Source of the DNA: Lysobacterales bacterium
GTDB lineage: Bacteria; Pseudomonadota; Gammaproteobacteria; Xanthomonadales; SZUA-36
DNA length: 62,017 nucleotides
Direction of reading: 5' to 3'
NCBI GenBank assembly: GCA_029859505.1
Contig: JAOUCZ010000001.1
Location: forward strand, 1-62,017
Shown: one piece after another, positions 52,768-61,364 of the stretch
Numbering within the stretch: position 1 is the stretch's first letter
Layout of the letters: every line of letters begins with the position of its first letter
Position numbers and translations under genes: made by a program
The notes under the pieces: generated by a model
What the model was told of the DNA's origin: nothing
Database searches by the model: none
Seen by the model: only the letters and a program-made list of their open reading frames with translations

Positions 52768-53772
52768 TCACTGGCTACCGAGTGTTGCCACCAATAGGGC
52801 TTTAATCGAATGAACGCGATTTTCTGCCTGTTCGAACTGGATGCCGGCATCGGATTCGAAAACTTCCTCGGTAACTTCAAGCGCATCCATACCGAACTTC
52901 TCAAAGATGTCCCGGCCGACCTCGGTTTCCAGATTGTGGAAAGCGGGCAGGCAGTGCATGAAACGAACCCTGGGGTTGCCACTTGCCTTCATCAGTTTCG
53001 CATTGACCTGGTAAGGAGTGAGCAGTTCGATACGCTCTTTCCATGTTTCAGCCGACTCACCCATGGATACCCATACATCAGTATGAATAAACTGAACACC
53101 CTTGACCGCCTCATAGGGGTCTTCGGTCAGGGTCAGCGTTCCCATGTTCTTCTTCTCGAGTTGACGAGCGAACTCCAGCATCTCCTCACTCGGCCACAAC
53201 TCCCTGGGTGCGGCAATACGCACATCCATACCCATCAGGCAACCGGCGATCATCAACGAGTGACCCATATTAGCGCGTGCATCACCCACGAACGCGTATT
53301 TGAAGCTGTGCCATGGTTGCGGCATAAATTCACGCATGGTCATCAGGTCGGCGCACATCTGGGTCGGATGAAATTCATCTGTCAGGCCATTGAATACGGG
53401 AACACCTGCATACTCTGCCAATTCCTGTACTATCTCCTGGCCTGCACCCCTGTACTCGATAGCATCGTACATACGGCCGAGCACGCGGGCGGTATCTTTG
53501 ACCGACTCCTTCTTGCCCATATGTGACCCGACCGGGTCGAGATAAGTCACGTTGGCACCCTGGTCATAGGCCGCCACTTCAAAAGCGCAACGGGTCCTTG
53601 TAGATGCCTTTTCGAAAATCAGGGCTATATTTTTACCACGCAATTTTTGAACCTCGGTGCCCGCATACTTGGCACGTTTGAGATCCCTTGCAAGGTCAAG
53701 GATGTAGGTCAGGTCACGTTTTGAGAAATCCAGCAGTTTGAGAAAGCTGCGATTCTTGAGATTAAAAGACAT
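52768..53772 (-). CDS. arcB: ornithine carbamoyltransferase (resembles catabolic ArcB type)
   Basis: 334 aa with [23 protein letters not shown] (ornithine site) and HCLPAFH. The N-terminus [16 protein letters not shown] is very like P. aeruginosa ArcB as I remember it. It is directly followed by carbamate kinase. Confidence 0.92.
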   Translation of the reverse strand: MSFNLKNRSFLKLLDFSKRDLTYILDLARDLKRAKYAGTEVQKLRGKNIALIFEKASTRTRCAFEVAAYDQGANVTYLDPVGSHMGKKESVKDTARVLGRMYDAIEYRGAGQEIVQELAEYAGVPVFNGLTDEFHPTQMCADLMTMREFMPQPWHSFKYAFVGDARANMGHSLMIAGCLMGMDVRIAAPRELWPSEEMLEFARQLEKKNMGTLTLTEDPYEAVKGVQFIHTDVWVSMGESAETWKERIELLTPYQVNAKLMKASGNPRVRFMHCLPAFHNLETEVGRDIFEKFGMDALEVTEEVFESDAGIQFEQAENRVHSIKALLVATLGSQ

Positions 53773-54008
53773 GATAATGTTCCTCTGAAAAGGACTTCAG
53801 TGGATCGGATTCTATCAGGCATTCATATTACCGATCCTTTATGATTTACTGCATCAAGTACAATAAACTCAAGCGGAAAAATTGCCCTGACCTACATCAG
53901 GACTTTGTGTAAAACCCTGTTAAATTCAACACCCAATCAATTGGTGAATATGAAAGTGAATCATAACCAACATGCCCGGCAACCAGCTTCAGGCCGGGAT
54001 ATAACCGA

Positions 54009-54899
54009 ATGATACATCACCTGATTTGCAGTCTGAAACTGATTGTTTTCTGCATAGCCTGTGTGCTGGTTTCTACCCCGGCGATGGTTTTGGCCGGACC
54101 AGTCGATGATATTGCAACGGGTGATCGGGCCTGGACACAACGTGCCGACGGGCACCAGGGCTCTCAGGCTGCTGCGGAGCCTATTGAAACAGCCATCAAC
54201 GCCTATCGGAGAGCGCTCACTGCAGCACCCAACAGTCTCGAAGCACGATGGAAACTTCTGCGTGCCTTTCACTTCAAAGGCGAGTTCGTTCTTAAGGTCA
54301 AAAAGGACCGCCATGAGCTATATATAGAAGGCCGTGAGATAGCTAAAACCGGCGTATTGCAGATCGAGCGCGACTACGGACTTAGTAAGGGTCTATTCAG
54401 AATGAAGCCGGAGACAGTGGCAAATGCTGTTGGTAACCAGGCAGCAGTGGCCGAATTCTTTTTCTGGGCCTCGGCTAACTGGGGCCTCTGGGGACAGTAC
54501 AGCGGCAAGCTGATATCTGCGCTGACGGGGGTTGTGAACAAAATTCGACAGTTTGCCGAAGTCATGGTACTTATGGATGAATCCGTTGAGGACGGCGGCG
54601 CGCACCGTTTGTTGGGGCACTTTAATGCAAGGGTTCCAAGGATCCCGTTTTTGACCTGGTGGGTTGATCGGGATCTCGCCATCAGTGAGATCCGGCTTTC
54701 CCTGAAGGTCGCACCGGGCAGCCTTTTGAGCAAATATTACCTGGCCGATGCCCTGTTGAAGTTTCGTCCCGAACAGGAAGAAGAGGCGATAAGCCTTCTG
54801 CGAGATATCATTGAAAGTGATCCTGACCCCAAACGGTTAGTGGAAGACACCAAGGTTATTGAGGATACCAGGGCACAACTTGCAAACCTGTCGCAATAA
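54009..54899 (+). CDS. secreted helical-repeat protein (TatT/TPR-like, tentative)
   Basis: 296 aa with a signal-like N-terminus (LIVFCIACVLVSTPAMVLA). ..DGGAHRLLGHFNARVP.. and the helical repeats resemble TatT-like proteins from memory. Confidence 0.5.
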   Translation: MIHHLICSLKLIVFCIACVLVSTPAMVLAGPVDDIATGDRAWTQRADGHQGSQAAAEPIETAINAYRRALTAAPNSLEARWKLLRAFHFKGEFVLKVKKDRHELYIEGREIAKTGVLQIERDYGLSKGLFRMKPETVANAVGNQAAVAEFFFWASANWGLWGQYSGKLISALTGVVNKIRQFAEVMVLMDESVEDGGAHRLLGHFNARVPRIPFLTWWVDRDLAISEIRLSLKVAPGSLLSKYYLADALLKFRPEQEEEAISLLRDIIESDPDPKRLVEDTKVIEDTRAQLANLSQ

Positions 54900-54951
54900 G
54901 AGATTTATCCGCAAAGACTCTCTACCCGGATACTACAATTCATAGCAGTGA

Positions 54952-56106
54952 TTACTGCTCACTTACCAGTTCACGAAGTGGCCGGTCGTAATAGACAACC
55001 ATATCTTCAGGCGCCAATTCCCGCGCACGCAGCAGACTGCTTTCAGCTTCTGCAAGTTCACCGGACAAATACTGGGTCTTGGCCAGTGCAAAGTGGAGCT
55101 TGTGATCGTTATCCTTCTTCTTGATCGCTCTTTGCAACAGGCTTATAGATTCCTCATACTGATCCAGTTCAAGCGCTTCATCACTTAACTTCAGTAGGTA
55201 GTAAGGGTTTTTACTTCTATACCTTTCAACCCTTGATTCGAGGTTTGCTGCAGACTCGAAATCTTCCTGTGCGACATAAACCTCGTAGAGATTACTCAAT
55301 GCAGAGTATTCGTTCGAGTCAATCTGCAGCGCATGGTTAAAGGCAAAAACTGCATCATCCAATTGATCGTTGCGGCCATAGATCACACCCATGTTCACCC
55401 AGGGGTCTGTTGCTTGATGATCGGCTTCAATGGCGCTGTACATATACGCATAAGCCGTCGATAAATCGTTTTCGAGTAACGAGTCCACGGCAATATTGTT
55501 CAGATAAAGGGCCTTGGCATAGCTGTCGTCAATAAGCCTGCGACGGGCAGTTGGACTGATCTTGATACCACTGACATCGACAACCCATATATCGCGATGA
55601 GTCTCGATCACGACATTGACATGTTTCACCAAAAGTACGGTGTCATCCTCATGGTCGGACCATTCCGGACGCCTGAATACCTCCTGGTAACGGGCTTTGA
55701 GTCCGGCCCGTCGGGCCAATGCAACCATCATATTGGCAAATCCAATGCAGTTGCCCGACCGCGTTTCGAAGGCTTCCGATGCGGTCAATGTACGACTTTC
55801 ATCGTAGTCAAAACCCAGAACACCGGAACTCGTGACAGAGTAGGTGAGCAACTCGAGCCTGGTTTGCGCACTCGAGTATTTAAGGATGTAACGCTCCAGG
55901 AACTCTTCCATGGCCGGCGAAACTGCCAGCACGTCTACGTCTTCAACAGGTACCGCTGCCGCGTGGTTGTTCAACGGTGGTGGTGTGAGCTTTTCCTGGT
56001 TTATCGAAGCACAACCAGCGAGCATGAAAGTGGCGGCCAAAAGAAATTTTAACCCGCGTGACCGGGAGGAATTGATAAAAATGTCGTTTAAAAGCTTCAC
56101 AGTCAA
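54952..56106 (-). CDS. lipoprotein with transglutaminase-like cysteine-protease core and C-terminal TPR repeats
   Basis: 384 aa with lipobox FMLAGC. RSGNCIGFANMMVALARRAGL is a transglutaminase-like Cys motif, followed by TPRs. The start codon is uncertain (TTG 56106 or GTG 56100). Confidence 0.72.
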   Translation of the reverse strand: MTVKLLNDIFINSSRSRGLKFLLAATFMLAGCASINQEKLTPPPLNNHAAAVPVEDVDVLAVSPAMEEFLERYILKYSSAQTRLELLTYSVTSSGVLGFDYDESRTLTASEAFETRSGNCIGFANMMVALARRAGLKARYQEVFRRPEWSDHEDDTVLLVKHVNVVIETHRDIWVVDVSGIKISPTARRRLIDDSYAKALYLNNIAVDSLLENDLSTAYAYMYSAIEADHQATDPWVNMGVIYGRNDQLDDAVFAFNHALQIDSNEYSALSNLYEVYVAQEDFESAANLESRVERYRSKNPYYLLKLSDEALELDQYEESISLLQRAIKKKDNDHKLHFALAKTQYLSGELAEAESSLLRARELAPEDMVVYYDRPLRELVSEQ

Positions 56107-56307
56107 ATACTTATGAACTATCTCCTAGACCACGAAAATCCAATTGAAGTTCCTGATCTCTTACCAGGACGGTGAAATTTCATCTATCCCGGATGCAGGT
56201 ATGAGATTTTCTCAAAGCAATGTCAGCTTTTGAGAAAGCTATCAGTATGATAGCCCTATGATGAGCTTCTTATCAGGTATTTCAGCGCAATTATCAGGCC
56301 TTTTGAC

Positions 56308-57180
56308 TCAATTTTCCTCAACCCGGAGAGTGACAGGCAAAACATCACGAATCTCACCCGGTTCGATAAACAGATCAACATTCCGCAGTTCCTGCGGACG
56401 TCCTTTAGGGTCTTTTGATATGGATACCGGCACATGAACACCCACACTATGACCTGGTTTGATTCGGTTTCCGAGAATGCCAAGGCCCTGATTTGTAGTA
56501 AAAAACCAGTAGGGTGGAAACGCTATGTGTGTATGTCGCTTATCCCAGTAGGCCACATCCCTGGCAAAATGAACATCATTGGGGTCAGCGTCACCCATAT
56601 GTAAGACCGTGGTCTTTTCATTCAGGGTTATCCGCCAGGAAATATTTTCAACATCAAGCCGTCCGTTTGGCCATCCCGAATGCGGAATACGTACAGCCTC
56701 GATCAACAGGCTGTCCATCTCCAGAGTCACCGGCGTATCTTTATAGGCCAGTTCTACCGCCGTAACCCGCTCAAATATCTTGTCATCGTGTGTACCGGAC
56801 ACCGAACGTAAACCATCAACAGCCTGGACCGGCGCATACAGATGAATGCCCGGCTGTTCCTGGAGTAAGCGCAAAATATCGGCTGGTGAAAAGTGGTCAC
56901 CATGATAGTGACTTATAAAAACCGCATCGATACCATCAAACGGCGGCTGACCGGAATACAGGGCTTCTTCCATCTCCTTTGGCAACAATTGATATTGACC
57001 ATAGCTGTTGCGGAACAGGGGGTCGAATAACACCTTGGTATCACCCTGCACAACCATCAGACCTTCGTTGGCCAGATATTGAACCCTTGATACAGTAGTC
57101 TTGGAGTCAGTGGAATCCGCGCAGGCGAAAACCGATGTCAGAAGCAGGAGTAGAAGAGTGTGAGCTAGCCGTATATACAT
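56308..57180 (-). CDS. secreted MBL-fold metallo-hydrolase
   Basis: 290 aa with a signal/lipobox-like TSVFAC. ISHYHGDHF is an HxHxDH motif. The start overlaps the upstream stop (TAATG). Confidence 0.8.
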   Translation of the reverse strand: MYIRLAHTLLLLLLTSVFACADSTDSKTTVSRVQYLANEGLMVVQGDTKVLFDPLFRNSYGQYQLLPKEMEEALYSGQPPFDGIDAVFISHYHGDHFSPADILRLLQEQPGIHLYAPVQAVDGLRSVSGTHDDKIFERVTAVELAYKDTPVTLEMDSLLIEAVRIPHSGWPNGRLDVENISWRITLNEKTTVLHMGDADPNDVHFARDVAYWDKRHTHIAFPPYWFFTTNQGLGILGNRIKPGHSVGVHVPVSISKDPKGRPQELRNVDLFIEPGEIRDVLPVTLRVEEN

Positions 57181-57629
57181 TAGTCTTTTTCATCACTATA
57201 GATACTTAGTCCTTCCCCATACGGGTTGTAAGGGCTATCCAGCCTATAGGGGCTGCCGGCACCGAGTGGGTTGTTAATTGACTCAGCACTGAACTTCGAA
57301 CCATAGCGGCCATACGGATTTGAAATGGAATCCAGATCATAGGGGCTGGTACTTAACTTACCCCGAAAATTGCCGTTGCGGTCATATAGTTTGGGTGGGT
57401 TCGTGGCATTGGGATTGGTAGCACTTTTGTTGGAGAGCACCGAACCATACTCGCCACTTTGGTTATTGATGCTGTACACGGAATACTCAGAGCCAAACTT
57501 ACCATAAGGGTTCGATACGGAATCCACCCGATTCTTATTAAGGCTGAATTGACCAAGGTACCGCTCTTCCGCATAGCAATTGACCATCCACAAGAGACTT
57601 AAAAGTATAAGTAGAAAGACTTTGTTCAT
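57180..57629 (-). CDS. small secreted NPYG-repeat protein
   Basis: 149 aa with a signal peptide. Repeated S(V/I)SNPYG(K/R)(F/Y)GS..S..SINN units occur at two sites, plus a terminal SPYNPYGEGL. Confidence 0.6.
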   Translation of the reverse strand: MNKVFLLILLSLLWMVNCYAEERYLGQFSLNKNRVDSVSNPYGKFGSEYSVYSINNQSGEYGSVLSNKSATNPNATNPPKLYDRNGNFRGKLSTSPYDLDSISNPYGRYGSKFSAESINNPLGAGSPYRLDSPYNPYGEGLSIYSDEKD

Positions 57630-57697
57630 GTCTCTATTCCTGTTTTCAAAGTTTTATCTGAGAGTGCAACCCCACCCTGCAATTTCGTACTAGTGGC

Positions 57698-58123
57698 TTA
57701 TTCAGGCTGGTGCTGCGAGAACCGGCTACCCGCTTTGTGCTCAATTAGATCCCATAAGTTGCCGTACAAATCTTCAAACACGGCGACCGTACCGTAGGGC
57801 TGTTCAACCGGTTCTCTTACAAATGTCACACCGTTGTCCAACATCCGCCGGTAATCACGCCAGAAATCATCGGTACTCAAAAACAGAAACACACGACCAC
57901 CAGCCTGGTTACCTACATGAGCCTGCTGCCGGGAACCGGATGCCTCCGCCAACAGTATTGCCGCACCGGTATGATTAGGCGGTGCCACCAGTACCCAGCG
58001 TTTGTCCTGCTCCGGAATATAGATATCTTCAAGCAATTCAAAGCCAAGTTTATGAGTATAAAACTCTATCGCTTCATCATAATCATTGACCACCAGTGCC
58101 ACATGCACAACCGATTGCTTCAT
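57698..58123 (-). CDS. VOC (glyoxalase/bleomycin-resistance/dioxygenase) family protein
   Basis: Start moved to ATG 58123 (MKQSVVHVALVVNDYDEAIEFYT.KLGF). The C-terminus reads PYGTVAVFEDLYGNLWDLIE. Confidence 0.8.
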   Translation of the reverse strand: MKQSVVHVALVVNDYDEAIEFYTHKLGFELLEDIYIPEQDKRWVLVAPPNHTGAAILLAEASGSRQQAHVGNQAGGRVFLFLSTDDFWRDYRRMLDNGVTFVREPVEQPYGTVAVFEDLYGNLWDLIEHKAGSRFSQHQPE

Positions 58124-58379
58124 ATAAACTTTAATCCAACGTAGTCCTATTGACCCAATACAGCCCCGAAAAACCAATCAAGATTCTGCAACGTTTTCAG
58201 ATGCACCATTATTAATGTACCAATATGCCAACGAAAAAACGAATCAGCGACCGGCTGGAATCCTGCCGGTTTGAACCAGAAAAGTTGTTATCCACCAGCC
58301 TGGGATCCGAATATGTTCTACCAATTGATAGTCGGGTATGTTTCTGTGAGAACTAGTAGTAATTCGAGTCGGCGTGTAT

Positions 58380-58814
58380 TTATCCGGATTGCTCTTCATG
58401 CCATTTAGAGATGAGATCGTCAGCTATCATCCGCGGCCGCCCGGTTTCGATATCCACAAACACCCAGTCCGTTTCCCCCCTTGCAAGTAGCACATTATCG
58501 CTCTGACGCAAAAACTGGTATCGCCTCAGCGATCTGACACGCCGCAAGTTTTCCACCCAGGTCAATGCGATCACGTCATCACCAGCATATACCGGCTTCA
58601 GATATTCGATGTGATGCGAACGGGCCACCCAGGTTGCGCCGGCATCCTCCATCGCCTGGTTTCCCCCGGCGGCTTCATAGTGCATTACCGCCACATCCTG
58701 CATCCACTGAACATAAACCACGTTATTTACATGCCCATTCTGATCAACGGCGCTCTCGGGAACAGTGAAATGGTGACGGTAAACCCCGGTTGCAGGTGGT
58801 ACAGCATTTTTCAT
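58380..58814 (-). CDS. acyl-CoA thioesterase (4HBT/YbgC-like hotdog fold)
   Basis: 144 aa. V..E..DQNGHVNNVVYVQWMQD is the typical hotdog thioesterase N-terminal motif. Confidence 0.78.
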   Translation of the reverse strand: MKNAVPPATGVYRHHFTVPESAVDQNGHVNNVVYVQWMQDVAVMHYEAAGGNQAMEDAGATWVARSHHIEYLKPVYAGDDVIALTWVENLRRVRSLRRYQFLRQSDNVLLARGETDWVFVDIETGRPRMIADDLISKWHEEQSG

Positions 58815-58831
58815 TGTTTGACCGTCCGCAC

Positions 58832-59266
58832 TTATTCTTTCCAGAACCCGGATATGTGCGCAATAAGGGCTTCACGTACCGCCGGGCTTACTTCCTGCGC
58901 TACACCCAATTGAGGTACTACGGGCCATCCCGGATCCGGAACTGTCAGACCACATGCACTGCGGGCCTCCGAATAGCGCGGTATCACATGAAAGTGAACA
59001 TTCGGATCTACCATCATTAACATCAGGTAGTTGATCTTTTCATAGGAAAACGCCGCTTTAAGAGCATGCTCAATGTCCGTCACGACGGCACCCATTTCTT
59101 CATAGGCTTCCCGGCTTAGAGCTGAAAACTCGGTAGCATCGGATTTCGCACATAATATGAGCGAACCGAGTGTGGCCTGGGGTTCGCGCAATAATACCAG
59201 CCAATGATCATATTCCCGGATCAGGGTTTGTGGATAGCCGAATCGGACCGCTGTCTGGTTTGCCAT
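58832..59266 (-). CDS. HIT-superfamily-like protein
   Basis: 144 aa. NVHFHVIPRY resembles the histidine-triad motif, but the first His position is Asn. Confidence 0.5.
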   Translation of the reverse strand: MANQTAVRFGYPQTLIREYDHWLVLLREPQATLGSLILCAKSDATEFSALSREAYEEMGAVVTDIEHALKAAFSYEKINYLMLMMVDPNVHFHVIPRYSEARSACGLTVPDPGWPVVPQLGVAQEVSPAVREALIAHISGFWKE

Positions 59267-59411
59267 GATCTTTGCTCCTCACTTGTTTAACACTGAACTG
59301 TCTTCATTGAGCATCCCGAATGAAGACTGGTGGTTTATGTTCTGATTATCCGCGTTTATTGCCAAAAAAGTCTACAATTGACAGCAGGGAATTAAGTTCC
59401 GGGGTAGCGCC

Positions 59412-60272
59412 GTGCGTCATTTTGGTGAAATTGAATCTGTGGATGTGGGTACCGAGTTTGCCAGCCGTGCGGAACTCGCAGCCTCCGGCATCCATAGACC
59501 TACACAGGCTGGTATCAGCGGTTCGAGCACAGAGGGTGCAGATTCGATCGTCGTTTCGGGTGGTTATGAAGATGACGAGGACTATGGTGATTACCTCATA
59601 TATGGCGGCCAGGCAGGGTTTGATCCAAACACCAAACAGCAAAATGAAGACGCCGAGCTGAGTAGGGGCAACCTTGCATTGGTTGTCAGTTATAACAAGG
59701 GACTACCGGTGCGGGTCACAAGAGGCCTGGGTTCCACCAGGCAACACACCTATCGCTATGATGGTCTTTACCTGGTTGAACGGTGGTGGGTGGACCGGGG
59801 TAAATCAGGTTTTAGAATCTACCGTTTTGCATTGAGAAAAATAGACGACAAACCGATCTCCACGCCTGCAGGTGAACTACCTTTACCAACCAGCAACGAG
59901 GAACCTGACAAGGTTGAATCTTACACAACACGCATCATCCGGGACACTTTGGTCTCGGAGACGGTGAAGGAAATACACCAACACTTTTGCCAGACCTGCT
60001 CAACACGTATCGAACGCCCCGGCGGCGCGTATGCCCAGGCGGCGTATATCCGGCCGCTCGGGCGTCCCCATAACGGACCGGACACAGTTGATAATATTTT
60101 GTGTTTGTGCCCCAACTGCCATGTGCTGTTCGATGGCTGGGCCTTCGCTATTGAGGATGATGGCAGCCTCATTGGTGCACTGAACGGCAGCCTATTTGAG
60201 AAGAAAGATCACACCGTTAACAGGGAGTACCTGCGTTATCATCGTCGTTTATATAAAGCAGCCAATAACTAA
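59412..60272 (+). CDS. SRA(YDG)-HNH protein, type IV (5-methylcytosine-dependent) restriction endonuclease-like
   Basis: 286 aa with GTG start. The SRA core (VGTEFASRAELAASGIHRPTQAGISG..GADSIVVSGGYEDDEDYGDYLIYGGQAG, PVRVTRG, YRYDGLY.V..WW...GKSGFRIYRF.LRK) is colinear with the UHRF1 SRA domain. The C-terminal ββα-Me/zinc module has CQTC...CPNCH with DN. Confidence 0.8.
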   Translation: MRHFGEIESVDVGTEFASRAELAASGIHRPTQAGISGSSTEGADSIVVSGGYEDDEDYGDYLIYGGQAGFDPNTKQQNEDAELSRGNLALVVSYNKGLPVRVTRGLGSTRQHTYRYDGLYLVERWWVDRGKSGFRIYRFALRKIDDKPISTPAGELPLPTSNEEPDKVESYTTRIIRDTLVSETVKEIHQHFCQTCSTRIERPGGAYAQAAYIRPLGRPHNGPDTVDNILCLCPNCHVLFDGWAFAIEDDGSLIGALNGSLFEKKDHTVNREYLRYHRRLYKAANN

Positions 60273-60288
60273 AGCAGACACATCAACT

Positions 60289-60310
60289 CTTTCAAAAGCT
60301 GTTTTGAAAG
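60289..60310. terminator. AU-rich stem-loop between convergent SRA-HNH and GNAT genes
   Basis: ctttcaaaa-gctg-ttttgaaag forms a 9-bp stem. No separate U-run follows. Confidence 0.35.
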
Positions 60311-60336
60311 CACGCTAACCCGGTCCGCAAATTTCT

Positions 60337-61206
60337 CTAGAACTGGTATTCCATCTCAAATTGGTCGATTACATGGAGCGCACCGGCCCTTTCGAAAAAC
60401 GCAAGCATGGCTTTGTCGGACAGATCGATATTATTGATCTTTACGATATCTACACCACGAGGCAGATCTTTCATAAGTGCACTCAACAGGGTTGAAGCCA
60501 CGGCTTGCCGACGAAAATCATGATCCACTACCAGGCTCATGATCCATCGCAACAATGGGTAGAAAACCAGTATTCCCACGCACTGACCCTCCCAGAACGC
60601 ACCCAGTCTGATGAGTTTATCCTCGATGCGATCCATGCCGGAAAAGCTATTTTCCCAGGAGGGTTGCCAATCTACCTTGTTCTTGAACCCCTGTACCCTT
60701 GCCTTATCGATTATTTGTATCTCGAAATCACTGCGGGCAAAATTATCTGCAGTAAATGATCCAGGCGATAAGTCATAACATCCAAATTCACGGCTAATGT
60801 TGAAACCGGTTTTCGTGTACGCCCTGATCGCAGCCTGATTCTGCTGCAGAACCTCCAGCAGAAACTTCGAAACACCACGTTTGCGAAGACCTGGAAGGGT
60901 AAATTCAAACATCGCTTTTGCAATGCCCTGCCCACGATACCCAGGAACAATACCAGTGCCTGCATCGAAAGCTGCCTTTGCACCCTGCCAGTCGTCAAGA
61001 CCCACAAAAGTGACGCCTACCAGTTTTTCCCTGTCAAAAGCACCCACCGAACAGCCATAGTGCACACCGCTTTTTAGGTTTCTGAGCCAGGATCGCTCAC
61101 TGGTCATATAACTCATATCCACCTGGTAATCTGCAAATGCCTCGACCATCGTTGCATGAGCCCGAAGGAAATCTTCTACCGTCAGGTGTTTATATCGAAC
61201 AGACAT
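60337..61206 (-). CDS. GNAT-family N-acetyltransferase (two GNAT-like halves)
   Basis: 289 aa. Acetyl-CoA motif A reads GYRGQGIAKAMFEF, and a second degenerate copy reads HDFRRQAVASTLL. Confidence 0.8.
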   Translation of the reverse strand: MSVRYKHLTVEDFLRAHATMVEAFADYQVDMSYMTSERSWLRNLKSGVHYGCSVGAFDREKLVGVTFVGLDDWQGAKAAFDAGTGIVPGYRGQGIAKAMFEFTLPGLRKRGVSKFLLEVLQQNQAAIRAYTKTGFNISREFGCYDLSPGSFTADNFARSDFEIQIIDKARVQGFKNKVDWQPSWENSFSGMDRIEDKLIRLGAFWEGQCVGILVFYPLLRWIMSLVVDHDFRRQAVASTLLSALMKDLPRGVDIVKINNIDLSDKAMLAFFERAGALHVIDQFEMEYQF

Positions 61207-61364
61207 GGCCGATATTTTAATCGATTAGTTTGTAGAGGGTTATTACCGATTCCCCGTATTTTCAACCGCTCCCCAAAAACAAATAACTGCTTCCCTCTCC
61301 CATTACACTGAGTACTGTGTCAAAGTGTGCGCTTCAAACTCTTCATCAAACACAAACAAACAAT

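Noticed and set aside
52740-52982. 81-aa N-terminal extension of carbamate kinase in the ORF track
   Set aside because: The extension overlaps the 3' end of arcB and resembles no carbamate kinase. An ATG at 52739 with an SD gives the canonical [13 protein letters not shown] start.
52810-53526. 238-aa plus-strand ORF
   Set aside because: It is antisense to arcB, whose protein has all the OTCase motifs, so this is a shadow ORF. The same logic applies to 31285..31914 (antisense to the sulfatase), 16145..16711 (antisense to the RND pump), 45664..46239 (antisense to atpH/atpA), and 38689..39198 and 40145..40573 (antisense to the MFP and Yip1 genes).
53773-54008. ARG-box or ANR/FNR-box upstream of arcB
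   Set aside because: Only partial matches were found (gtgaatatgaaagtgaat; no TTGAT-N4-ATCAA), which is not enough to call.
58225-58356. 43-aa ORF (MPTKKRISDRLESCRFEPEKLL...) in the 256-nt gap between the VOC start and the thioesterase stop (58124-58379)
   Set aside because: It has no SD and no recognisable similarity, and is too short to support. It may be a gene remnant, but I cannot show that.
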